Shown: positions 1 to 7,428 of the stretch, in pieces | Numbering within the stretch: the stretch's first letter is position 1 | How the letters are laid out: the number at the start of each line of letters is the position of its first letter | IMG/VR virus record: IMGVR_UViG_2529292722_000020 | Length of the DNA stretch: 14,445 nucleotides | Direction: 5' to 3' (one strand) | DNA from: a virus | Lineage: Duplodnaviria > Heunggongvirae > Uroviricota > Caudoviricetes | Translations under genes and position numbers: made by a program | Notes under the pieces: generated by a model | The model's input: only the letters and a program-made list of their open reading frames with translations | The model's database searches: none | What the model was told of the DNA's origin: nothing

Positions 1-441
<441 letters not shown>

Positions 442-445
<4 letters not shown>

Positions 446-711
446 TGCTTCATCTCCCTTTCCATTTCATCAATGTCAACGTCATCAGGAAGATGGGAGC
501 AATACGCCGCTATACCATGATGATTTATCTCATACCCTTTGAACGTTACCATCTGGCGCGTAATCTCAACTTCGTTCAGGAATCCGTCATCGCATAACTG
601 CCTGGCTATTTTCGATTTGGTCTGGATTATTGGTAGTGCCTGTTCTTTCAAAGCGCATGATATTTGTGCATCCCATGCCTTTTCGAGAATGGCTAATTGT
701 TTTTTATTCAT
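442..711 (-). CDS. Hypothetical phage protein (89 aa) in the nin-side region downstream of the helicase
   Basis: Complete ORF whose ATG overlaps the helicase-remnant stop (ATGA at 711-708). No family recognised. Confidence 0.5.
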
Positions 712-917
712 CAGAATCCTCCTTTCTTCTTGGACTGCGGTTCCTCGCGTTCACGTCGGCGCATTTCAGCAGACTGTTGGTCTGTGTCATAAATAGCGCC
801 ATTTGCCTGAATGCAATACACCGTGCCGGTATTGCCATGACGATTGAGGCGAAGGATTAGTTCGGTTTCACCAGGAGGAACGCTGTCATCAAAAGCACCT
901 TCACGATGGATCCCCAC
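711..917 (-). pseudogene. C-terminal remnant of the DnaB-like helicase, in the same frame as 936-2147 but cut off by an in-frame TAA at 936-938
   Basis: Translation across the stop reads ...SRDTGQI*QDCDYWVGIHREGAF...ELILRLNRHGNTGTVYCIQANGAIYDTD, which aligns with the DnaB C-terminus SGSIEQDADLIMFIYRDEVY...EIIIGKQRNGPIGTVRLTFNGQWSRFDN. Codon 917 is in frame with codon 935. Confidence 0.65.
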
Positions 918-935
918 CCAATAATCGCAATCCTG

Positions 936-2147
936 TTAAATCTGCCCTGTATCTCGTGAGTCACTTGGTAATGGGCGTTTATTGGTTCGGCTTTCCAGTG
1001 CGCGGTTAAGCTGTGTCAGAAGCACAACAACGCAATCAAGCTCTTTGGCAAGGTTCTTCAGTCCTTTGGTGATCATGCCGTAAGCAAGGTCGTTGCGATC
1101 GGCCTTTTCAGCGGTCATTAGTGTCAGGTAATCGACCAGAATCATGCCAACACATCCTTTTTCTCGCTTGATTCGACGGCTTTCGCTGACGATTTGAGCC
1201 AGAGATAATCCCGGCGTGTCGTCGATGTAAAGCAGGTCGATTTCACTCAAGCGATTGGCTGTTTCGATCGCCCTGTTGAAGTCACCATCGTAATCACCCT
1301 GATAGCCGTCATCAGCGTCATTTGTCGCCGGAAGGTAAAAAATATTCGGGTTAACACCTGACTTCTGTCCTACCAGTTTTTCCAGTATCTGGTCACCGGG
1401 CATTTCAAGGCTGAACATCAGAGCGGGCTTTTTCTCATGCACTGCGCAGTTGATTGCCATCTGGCTGTATAGCGTCGTTTTCCCCATCTTAGGGCGAGCG
1501 CCAATGACAAACAGAGAGCCTTTCACCAGACCTTTCGGTGACAGCATCCTGTCCAGCGATGGGATCCCTGTGCTCATTCCCCGTTGTTCGCCTGATGGGT
1601 CAAATCGCTTCTCAAGGTCGCTAACCCAGTCTTCCATGACCTCGCCAAATGAGCGAAGGCCGCGACGCGATCCGGTTTTTGCATGGTCTGTCAGTTGCGT
1701 GAAAATCGCCTGAATAGCTTCGTACTTCTGCGTCGCAGTCATTCCGTTGCGGGAATAGAGCAATTCCGTCGCTTCAGTCATGCGGTTGATGGCGTAGCGT
1801 TCCATTGCGGTTTCGCGAACCTGCATTGCATAGGCAACGATGTTTGCGGCGCTCGGCGTGTTCTTTGCGATCTCAGCGATATAAGCAAAACCGCCAACAG
1901 ACGCCGTTAACGATTTACGCTCCAGTTCATCGAAAAGCGTCAGGCCATCTACTGGCTTTTGCTCCCGGTGCATTCTGGTTATTTCTTCGAAAAGGATTTT
2001 GTGTGATCGGCTGTAAAATGAATCAGGCTTCAGCATCGCCAGAACTTTCTGGACGCGCTCACTGCTGTCATCATCCAGAAGCAATCCACCAATCACCGCC
2101 TGCTCTGCCTCGATGCTATGGGGCGGCGCATAAAAATTATCGGTCAT
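936..2147 (-). CDS. Replicative DNA helicase, DnaB family (phage P22 gene 12 type), prematurely terminated
   Basis: PPHSIEAEQAVIGGLLLD N-terminal motif and Walker A GARPKMGKT. Start chosen at ATG 2147-2145 (MTDNFY) behind a GAGGGTG Shine-Dalgarno rather than the GTG at 2162. The product lacks about 70 C-terminal residues of the RecA-like domain. Confidence 0.8.
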   Translation of the reverse strand: MTDNFYAPPHSIEAEQAVIGGLLLDDDSSERVQKVLAMLKPDSFYSRSHKILFEEITRMHREQKPVDGLTLFDELERKSLTASVGGFAYIAEIAKNTPSAANIVAYAMQVRETAMERYAINRMTEATELLYSRNGMTATQKYEAIQAIFTQLTDHAKTGSRRGLRSFGEVMEDWVSDLEKRFDPSGEQRGMSTGIPSLDRMLSPKGLVKGSLFVIGARPKMGKTTLYSQMAINCAVHEKKPALMFSLEMPGDQILEKLVGQKSGVNPNIFYLPATNDADDGYQGDYDGDFNRAIETANRLSEIDLLYIDDTPGLSLAQIVSESRRIKREKGCVGMILVDYLTLMTAEKADRNDLAYGMITKGLKNLAKELDCVVVLLTQLNRALESRTNKRPLPSDSRDTGQI

Positions 2148-3027
2148 CGTGTTCACCCTCACGAACTTTCAGGTAGGTATTATCGTTAAGCAGGAAATCA
2201 AATCCCTTTTTGTGCCAGACGGTTCCTCGCTGATGGTTTGGGCGCTCTTCGAACATCCATCGGCAATTTTCGCCTACGTATCTCAAATAATTTCTCCAGT
2301 CCTGCATCGTGAACCCATGCCCGTCAAGCTGGCGGGTTATCACTCCGGCTTTGCGCCAGAACGTTCGGATCTGGTTTTTACGCTTGTCATTCAGTGCGCG
2401 GATTCTTGGCGCTTCAGGAAGGATTTCGTGGTAAGCATCGACAACATCCTGACAGCTAACGGAAGGTTTTTTCTTGTCAGACTTTTTGTCTGCTGTGGCA
2501 CTCTCTAATACGTCAGTATTAGAGATATTATTTATATTATTGTTTATGGACAACCGTTGGACAACCGTTGGACAATCTCCGCTGAGAGCCTCGCCATTAC
2601 TGGTGTTTGCGTTGGACAACCGTTGGACAACCGTTGGACAATTTTTTGCCTGAAAATCGTCATATTTAACGATTGTAAACAGGCTAAATTTCTTCCCCAT
2701 CGAGCAAATATTAAGCATCCCTTTCGACTCAAAAGTCCGTAATAAGCTCCGAACTTTGTTGTCGGGGATGAATGTTTCTCTGACCAGCGACGGGCGTCCA
2801 GTTATCATCTGACCGCGATCAACAGTTATCGGCCCGATATCCGTATTGACGACAGTAGATTCGTGATTAGCCTTGAGGATTAAGTGAAGCCAAAGATGTA
2901 CTGCCTGAGAGTCCTTATAGAGCCTGCTGTCCATAAACTGGCGGTGTATATAGGCATACCCCATACTGGATGCCTCCTGATGTTGTACAGGGTTATGCCT
3001 GTAATCAGCTAACTTAACGACGCCCAT
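2137..3027 (-). CDS. Replication initiator, lambda O / P22 gene 18-like, with origin iterons inside the coding sequence
   Basis: Position immediately upstream of and overlapping the helicase gene; the iterons encode a repeated CPTVVQRLSN peptide, as lambda ori does within O. Confidence 0.8.
   Translation of the reverse strand: MGVVKLADYRHNPVQHQEASSMGYAYIHRQFMDSRLYKDSQAVHLWLHLILKANHESTVVNTDIGPITVDRGQMITGRPSLVRETFIPDNKVRSLLRTFESKGMLNICSMGKKFSLFTIVKYDDFQAKNCPTVVQRLSNANTSNGEALSGDCPTVVQRLSINNNINNISNTDVLESATADKKSDKKKPSVSCQDVVDAYHEILPEAPRIRALNDKRKNQIRTFWRKAGVITRQLDGHGFTMQDWRNYLRYVGENCRWMFEERPNHQRGTVWHKKGFDFLLNDNTYLKVREGEHDDR
2546..2644. repeat. Replication origin iterons: two clusters of three 11-bp direct repeats (TTGGACAACCG), flanked by an AT-rich tract at 2505-2545
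   Basis: Direct reading: clusters at 2546-2578 and 2612-2644, separated by about 33 bp. The AT-rich block taatacgtcagtattagagatattatttatattattgtttat lies on the side expected for a lambda-type ori. Confidence 0.65.
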
Positions 3028-3175
3028 GTTTCACTCCTGCTTTGGCTAGTCTGTAAACACCAACAAGGCGCTCTGCGAACGCCCTGTTATTTGCTGCGGC
3101 TACCACTAATCCCTCAGGTGAATCAGGGTGTCGAATCTCTTCTTTTTCCTGGTATTTCTTACGACGTTTTGTCAT
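3014..3175 (-). CDS. Small basic protein (53 aa, MTKRRKKYQEKEEIRHPDSPEGLVVAAANNRAFAERLVGVYRLAKAGVKHGRR) between cII-like and O-like genes
   Basis: ATG at 3175-3173 sits 5 nt behind an AGGAG Shine-Dalgarno; the stop at 3016-3014 overlaps the O start by 14 nt. Found by manual translation. Confidence 0.35.
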   Translation of the reverse strand: MTKRRKKYQEKEEIRHPDSPEGLVVAAANNRAFAERLVGVYRLAKAGVKHGRR

Positions 3176-3207
3176 AATTACTCCTGTGGATTGATCCAGT
3201 AATTCCC

Positions 3208-3504
3208 TCAGAATTGCATATCAATTTGCTTAAAATCCTCGGTGGCGGCCGGGGATTTTTTCTTTGTGATTTCATCAAGCGCATACTTAAAAGCCCTGCT
3301 AATTGGACTGATGTCTGATGCCATTCCGAAAGCACACAAGACCGAAGCAATAAACCGCCAGTCCGTTCTGCTTATCTTCGATTCATGACAACCAATCATC
3401 TTTGCCAGACCGCGCTGAGTAAGCGTTGACAGGTTGATAAGTAAATCTGTTTCAGCGCGATCAACGTCACGCTGTGTTGGCTTGCTGTAGCTTGCTTGTG
3501 CCAT
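3208..3504 (-). CDS. CII-like transcriptional activator (P22 C1 type)
   Basis: C-terminus KKKSPAATEDFKQIDMQF resembles lambda CII KKRPAATERSEQIQMEF; gene lies downstream of cro in the rightward operon. Confidence 0.8.
   Translation of the reverse strand: MAQASYSKPTQRDVDRAETDLLINLSTLTQRGLAKMIGCHESKISRTDWRFIASVLCAFGMASDISPISRAFKYALDEITKKKSPAATEDFKQIDMQF
3237..3262 (+). terminator. Antisense intrinsic terminator inside the 3' end of the cII-like gene (candidate OOP-like RNA terminator)
   Basis: Stem CCTCGG (3237-3242), loop TGGCGG, stem CCGGGG (3249-3254, one G-U pair), then TTTTTT at 3257-3262, on the strand opposite cII. Confidence 0.45.
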
Positions 3505-3572
3505 TTGTTAATTTTCCTATATTGATATTGAGTTATAGCGGCACACCCAATGGATTTGCCGCTGATGTTTGC

Positions 3573-3614
3573 TCACCCGGTTAGAGGTGAAAGGCCAGAA
3601 CTGTTAAAGAGCAA
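3573..3614 (-). promoter_or_regulatory. Candidate nutR: boxA (GCTCTTTAACAG) plus boxB hairpin with CUAACC loop
   Basis: Minus-strand boxA at 3612-3601 directly after the cro stop; hairpin UCACCU-CUAACC-GGGUGA at 3590-3573. Confidence 0.45.
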
Positions 3615-3619
3615 TTTGC

Positions 3620-3805
3620 TTATGCCGCTTGGCGGTAAGCACTTTCTTGATACTTCAGGGCGCCAGCTGTAACGATTTCCAATCGATAGGCGTCTTTCTC
3701 TGGGATAACTTCTTTCCACTGAGAGACTGCTGCATCGCTAATGCCTAGTGCTTTAGCAACAGCACGCTGGGTTCCGAAGTGGTCAATAACATCTTTTTTG
3801 TACAT
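3620..3805 (-). CDS. cro: Cro repressor, P22 type
   Basis: 61-aa product MYKKDVIDHFGTQRAVAKALGISDAAVSQWKEVIPEKDAYRLEIVTAGALKYQESAYRQAA matches my recollection of P22 Cro almost residue for residue; divergent from the repressor gene. Confidence 0.9.
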   Translation of the reverse strand: MYKKDVIDHFGTQRAVAKALGISDAAVSQWKEVIPEKDAYRLEIVTAGALKYQESAYRQAA

Positions 3806-3885
3806 AGACTCGCTCCGAAATTAAAGAACACTTAAATTATCCACCAAAGGAATCTTAAGTCAAGTTTATTTAAGATGTCTTAACT
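3806..3885. promoter_or_regulatory. Right operator region (OR) with divergent PR/PRM between cro and c2
   Basis: Palindromic sites with TTAAGA / TCTTAA half-sites: ATTAAAGAACACTTAAAT near 3820-3838 and TTTAAGATGTCTTAA at 3869-3883, the latter abutting the c2 ATG. Confidence 0.6.
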
Positions 3886-4536
3886 ATGAATACACAACTG
3901 ATGGGTGAGCGTATTCGCGCTCGCAGAAAAGAACTCAAGATTAGGCAGGCTGCCCTTGGCAAGATGGTTGGCGTGTCTAATGTTGCTATTTCCCAATGGG
4001 AGCGATCTGAAACTGAGCCCAATGGCGAAAACCTATTGGCCTTAGCCAAGGCTTTGCAGTGCTCCCCTGATTACCTGTTGAAAGGAGAGGATAGTCTTTC
4101 AAACATTGCCTATCACAGCAGGCATGATCCAAGAGGTTCGTATCCTCTAATTAGTTGGGTAAGCGCAGGATGTTGGATGGAAGCTGTAGAGCCATATCAT
4201 AGGCGTGCAATAGATAACTGGTACGACACAACGGTAGATTGTTCTGAAGACTCTTTTTGGCTCGACGTTAAAGGCGATTCAATGACTGCCCCGGCAGGAC
4301 TGAGTATTCCTGAGGGGATGATTATTCTCGTCGACCCAGAAGTCGAACCACGTAATGGAAAGCTGGTAGTCGCCAAACTTGAAGGGGAAAACGAGGCGAC
4401 ATTCAAAAAGTTAGTTATTGATGCCGGTAGAAAATTCCTGAAACCACTCAATCCACAATACCCAATGATTGAAATCAATGGGAACTGTAAAATCATTGGC
4501 GTTGTCGTTGATGCCAAGCTAGCAAACCTTCCTTAA
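3886..4536 (+). CDS. c2: Phage repressor, P22 c2 type (N-terminal HTH domain plus C-terminal LexA/S24-like autocleavage domain)
   Basis: 216 aa; N-terminus MNTQLMGERIRARRKELKIRQAALGKMVGVSNVAISQWERSETEPNGENLLALAKALQCSPDYLLKG matches remembered P22 c2; the C-terminal half has the GDSM...K serine-lysine dyad pattern. Confidence 0.9.
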   Translation: MNTQLMGERIRARRKELKIRQAALGKMVGVSNVAISQWERSETEPNGENLLALAKALQCSPDYLLKGEDSLSNIAYHSRHDPRGSYPLISWVSAGCWMEAVEPYHRRAIDNWYDTTVDCSEDSFWLDVKGDSMTAPAGLSIPEGMIILVDPEVEPRNGKLVVAKLEGENEATFKKLVIDAGRKFLKPLNPQYPMIEINGNCKIIGVVVDAKLANLP

Positions 4537-4556
4537 GGGGCTTTCGCCCCTTTTTT
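4537..4556 (+). terminator. Intrinsic terminator after the repressor gene
   Basis: GGGGC-TTTC-GCCCC hairpin followed by TTTTTT, immediately after the TAA at 4534-4536. Confidence 0.7.
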
Positions 4557-4599
4557 ATTTCCCGTTAAAAATCAAAGACAAACTAAATTCACGCCCATA

Positions 4600-4656
4600 A
4601 AATTAAGTTTTCTTCAAAAATGCACTTGACCAATAAATTAAGAAGTCTTAAATTTA
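4600..4656 (+). promoter_or_regulatory. PL promoter with overlapping OL operators
   Basis: -35 TTGACC (4626-4631), 17-bp spacer, -10 TAAATT (4649-4654); palindrome ATTAAGAAGTCTTAAAT (4637-4653) overlaps the promoter, with a degenerate second site near 4603-4616. Confidence 0.5.
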
Positions 4657-4699
4657 AGCCATCAGCAGGACGCTGGAAGCCAAACGGAACAGATTGGCA

Positions 4700-4740
4700 G
4701 GCTCTTTAACATCGACGGACTCTCAACCTAACCGTTGAGA
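4700..4740 (+). promoter_or_regulatory. Candidate nutL: boxA (GGCTCTTTAAC) plus boxB hairpin (7-bp stem, CUAACC loop)
   Basis: GCTCTTTAAC at 4701-4710 matches the boxA consensus; hairpin TCTCAAC-CTAACC-GTTGAGA at 4721-4740 has no following U-run, so it is not a terminator. Lies between PL and the N-like gene. Confidence 0.5.
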
Positions 4741-4850
4741 CCAGAACTTGAGTGGTTTTGGGGATGGCGCGAATTGCAGCTGCAAGACAGCGATCGAGAA
4801 GATAAGCACCTCGACGCGTCATGCGCCAAAGCCACTTAAAGGAGACCATC

Positions 4851-5156
4851 ATGGTAACCATTGTCTGGAAAGAATCCAAAGGTACGGCAAAAAGCCGCTA
4901 CAAAGCTCGCAGAGCAGAACTTATTGCCGAGCGACGCAGTAATGAAGCACTGGCGCGAAAAATTGCGCTAAAGCTCTCTGGTTGCGTCAGAGCAGACAAA
5001 GCAGCATCACTAGGAAGCCTTTGCTGCAAGAAGAAAGAAGAAGTCGTTCGAAAAAATAGAAGTATTTATTACAAAGATTCAAACCCGTTAGGAAACAAAA
5101 TTCATGCAGTCCAAAAAATAAAATTGTACAGTAAACTACCGTACGGTGCTTATTGA
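4851..5156 (+). CDS. N: N-like transcription antiterminator with arginine-rich motif (phage 21 N type)
   Basis: ATG at 4851 sits 7 nt after AAGGAG; the N-terminal GTAKSRYKARRAELIAERR matches the arginine-rich boxB-binding peptide I recall for phage 21 N; first gene downstream of PL and nutL. The track's upstream start at 4821 has no Shine-Dalgarno. Confidence 0.7.
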   Translation: MVTIVWKESKGTAKSRYKARRAELIAERRSNEALARKIALKLSGCVRADKAASLGSLCCKKKEEVVRKNRSIYYKDSNPLGNKIHAVQKIKLYSKLPYGAY

Positions 5157-5158
5157 GT

Positions 5159-5497
5159 ATGCTTATGGTGAAAAAGACTATTTATGTTAATCCTGACCGC
5201 GGACAAAACAGAAAAGTATCTGATAGAGGTCTTACATCTCGAGACAGGAGGAGAATAGCGAGATGGGAAAAAAGGATAGCATATGCATTAAAAAACGGTG
5301 TAACACCTGGATTTAATGCTATAGATGACGGTCCTGAATATAAAATTAATGAAGAACCAATGGACAAAGTTGACAAAGCATTAGCAACACCATTTCCTCG
5401 CGATGTCGAAAAAATTGAAGATGAAAAATATGAGGATGTAATGCACAGAGTTGTTAATCACGCTCACCAACGAAATCCAAATAAAAAATGGTCATAG
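5159..5497 (+). CDS. Hypothetical charged protein (about 112 aa), AT-rich accessory gene
   Basis: ORF immediately after N, followed directly by an intrinsic terminator. Start uncertain (TTG 5153, ATG 5159 or ATG 5165); no family recognised. Confidence 0.45.
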   Translation: MLMVKKTIYVNPDRGQNRKVSDRGLTSRDRRRIARWEKRIAYALKNGVTPGFNAIDDGPEYKINEEPMDKVDKALATPFPRDVEKIEDEKYEDVMHRVVNHAHQRNPNKKWS

Positions 5498-5517
5498 CCC
5501 ACTTCGGTGGGTTTTTT
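5498..5517 (+). terminator. Intrinsic terminator
   Basis: CCCAC-TTCG-GTGGG hairpin followed by TTTTTT, starting one base after the TAG stop. Confidence 0.7.
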
Positions 5518-5630
5518 ATTGTCTGAACAAATCTAATTTACTACCGCAAGCCACGCAGTGAAATGGGTGTGACTTGTGTTGGTCGCCAGAAAATGAAATT
5601 AGGCAGCAAACCACTTATTTGAGGTGAGAT

Positions 5631-6101
5631 ATGACAAAATCATGGAGCGTACCTTTTCCTGAATCAGAAACTGAACATGATGGAATGCCTGTTTTCTGGA
5701 GATTCCAGGCGACAGTTGAAGAAGATGGGATAAAAATATTCGCACTTCAATATATAGCTTTTCATCAGACAGAGCATTATGCATGGTTGGTTCCTGCGCA
5801 TTGGATTGTTGATTTTAAACCAGCACCAAATCAGTGGTTACAGGAATGGAAACAAAAGAGAAATAGATATGCAATTAAGAAAGTAGCAAAAAATGCAGAA
5901 AGATCTTTTGCATTCCCAACGAAGAAACTTGCCATTGAAAGTTTATTGCGCCGGAAGAAATACCATTTAATGAGAATCAAACAAGATTTGGCTGTTGTAT
6001 CAACTCTTGTTGATGGGATGAAGAATATTGATACATCAACACCAGATATTGAATATAACTTTGGGCACAACCAAGAAACAGAAAATTGGGTATTTTATTA
6101 G
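5631..6101 (+). CDS. Hypothetical protein (156 aa), AT-rich moron gene
   Basis: GAGGTGAG Shine-Dalgarno 5 nt before ATG 5631; lies between two intrinsic terminators; no family recognised. Confidence 0.55.
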   Translation: MTKSWSVPFPESETEHDGMPVFWRFQATVEEDGIKIFALQYIAFHQTEHYAWLVPAHWIVDFKPAPNQWLQEWKQKRNRYAIKKVAKNAERSFAFPTKKLAIESLLRRKKYHLMRIKQDLAVVSTLVDGMKNIDTSTPDIEYNFGHNQETENWVFY

Positions 6102-6206
6102 TACGAGTAAGCACTGTGTATTCATTCCAACGAGTGAATACACGGAGCAATGTCGCTCGTAACTAAACAGGAGCCGACTTGTTCTGATTATTGGAAATCT
6201 TCTTTG

Positions 6207-6229
6207 CCCTCCGATGTGGGGGGCTTTTT
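6207..6229 (+). terminator. Intrinsic terminator closing the moron unit
   Basis: CCCTCC-GATGT-GGGGGG hairpin (one G-U pair) followed by CTTTTTA. Confidence 0.5.
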
Positions 6230-6295
6230 ATATGCATACCAATAACGCTTCACTCGAGGCGTTTTCGTTATGCAATCAAACAGAAGGAGCATCCT

Positions 6296-6466
6296 ATGCA
6301 ACAGTTCGCTATTGCAGGGGCGGCATCGGTTCGCCCTTTCAACCCGATTTTATCGGTACAGCATTCACGAAAAAATATTTTAACCGGAGCAGACTTTAAA
6401 CAACCAAGAATGAAAAGCTTGCTCGAAAAGCTTTGGGATATTTTGAAACAACAAGGCCGTCCATGA
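6296..6466 (+). CDS. CIII-like protein (putative FtsH inhibitor), 56 aa
   Basis: AAGGAG Shine-Dalgarno 8 nt before ATG 6296; MQQFAIAG...SLLEKLWDILKQQGRP resembles lambda CIII (MQYAIAG...SLLERITRKLRDGWKRLIDILNQPGVP). The longer overlapping ORFs in the track are rejected. Confidence 0.5.
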   Translation: MQQFAIAGAASVRPFNPILSVQHSRKNILTGADFKQPRMKSLLEKLWDILKQQGRP

Positions 6467-6621
6467 GTTTTACAGATAACTGGTCAGACGAAGAATTCAT
6501 TCGTCAGATGAAAGAATTAATCGGTAACGAAGGAGATATTCATGTCACTTGCAACCACAGTGAAGGAGAGCAAGTTACAGAGACGCATGTACACGCAGAA
6601 AGCTCTCTGGTATCGCCATAA
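6463..6621 (+). CDS. Small acidic protein (52 aa) in the kil position
   Basis: ATG 6463 overlaps the cIII-like stop (ATGA). Assigned by position only. Confidence 0.3.
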   Translation: MSFTDNWSDEEFIRQMKELIGNEGDIHVTCNHSEGEQVTETHVHAESSLVSP

Positions 6622-6720
6622 TGGCGACCGCGAAGGAATGCGGGTATGCCTTAATTTGTCCCGAGTCGAAGTATTAAATCAGCGTTATTTCCTTGGGCCG
6701 TGTCCATTCTGAGGTGAATT

Positions 6721-7428
6721 ATGGATTTGAATAAATTCGATGAGCCATTCAGCCCTGAAGATATCGAATGGCGAATACAGCAAAGCGGTAAAACACGCGA
6801 TGGCAAGGGGTGGGCTATGGTGCTGGCTTATGTCACGAACCGGGCAATCATGAAACGCCTGGACGATGTTTGCGGCAAAGCAGGATGGCGCAATGAATAC
6901 CGCGATATTCCCAACAACGGCGGCGTTGAATGCGGCATATCAATAAAGATTGATTCCGAATGGGTAACCAAATGGGATGCTGCTGAAAACACGCAGGTAG
7001 AAGCCGTCAAAGGTGGTCGTTCAGGTGCAATGAAGCGCGCTGCCGTTCAGTGGGGAATCGGTCGGTATCTGTATAACCTTGAGGAAGGTTTCGCACAAAC
7101 ATCTCTCGATAAAAAGCAGGGATGGCACAGGGCAAAACTCAAGGATGGAACAGGATTTTACTGGCTCCCTCCATCGCTGCCGGGATGGGCAATACCAGCA
7201 TCAGATAACAAACCATCACCAGAAAATACCAACCAGAAATCTCCATCGGTTGACTGCGAACAAATCCTGAAAGACTTCAGCGATTATGCGTCAACAGAAA
7301 CTGACAAGAAAAAACTCATCGAGCGTTATCAGCGTGACTGGCAATTAATGGCTGGCAACGAGGAGGCGCAGGCTAAATGCGTTCAGGTAATGAACATCAG
7401 AGTTAACGAACTAAAACAGGCGGCATAA
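6721..7428 (+). CDS. Rad52-family single-strand annealing protein (Sak-like recombinase)
   Basis: GAGGTGA Shine-Dalgarno before ATG 6721; AYVTNRAIMKRLDDVCGKAGW and GAMKRAAVQWGIGRYLYN match Rad52 N-domain patterns ([20 protein letters not shown] and KRALRSFGNALGN); occupies the bet position. Confidence 0.7.
   Translation: MDLNKFDEPFSPEDIEWRIQQSGKTRDGKGWAMVLAYVTNRAIMKRLDDVCGKAGWRNEYRDIPNNGGVECGISIKIDSEWVTKWDAAENTQVEAVKGGRSGAMKRAAVQWGIGRYLYNLEEGFAQTSLDKKQGWHRAKLKDGTGFYWLPPSLPGWAIPASDNKPSPENTNQKSPSVDCEQILKDFSDYASTETDKKKLIERYQRDWQLMAGNEEAQAKCVQVMNIRVNELKQAA

Noticed and set aside
2546-2644. Short direct repeats that could be mistaken for a CRISPR array
   Set aside because: The repeats are 11 bp, tandem without unique spacers, lie inside a coding sequence and have the layout of phage ori iterons.
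4197-4517. 106-aa minus-strand ORF
   Set aside because: Lies entirely antisense within the well-supported c2 repressor gene; low-complexity Ser/Thr-rich translation.
5599-6070. Minus-strand ORFs of 61 and 79 aa antisense to the moron gene
   Set aside because: No ribosome-binding sites; likely by-products of AT-rich sequence. An antisense exclusion gene cannot be fully excluded.
6116-6143. 9-bp stem hairpin (GTGTATTCA...TGAATACAC) as a terminator
   Set aside because: No U-tract follows on either strand; kept only as a structural note within the moron finding.
6191-6466. Track ORFs of 91 aa and 61 aa upstream of and overlapping cIII
   Set aside because: They would span an intrinsic terminator; the ATG at 6296 behind AAGGAG gives a CIII-like product, so the longer frames are treated as spurious.
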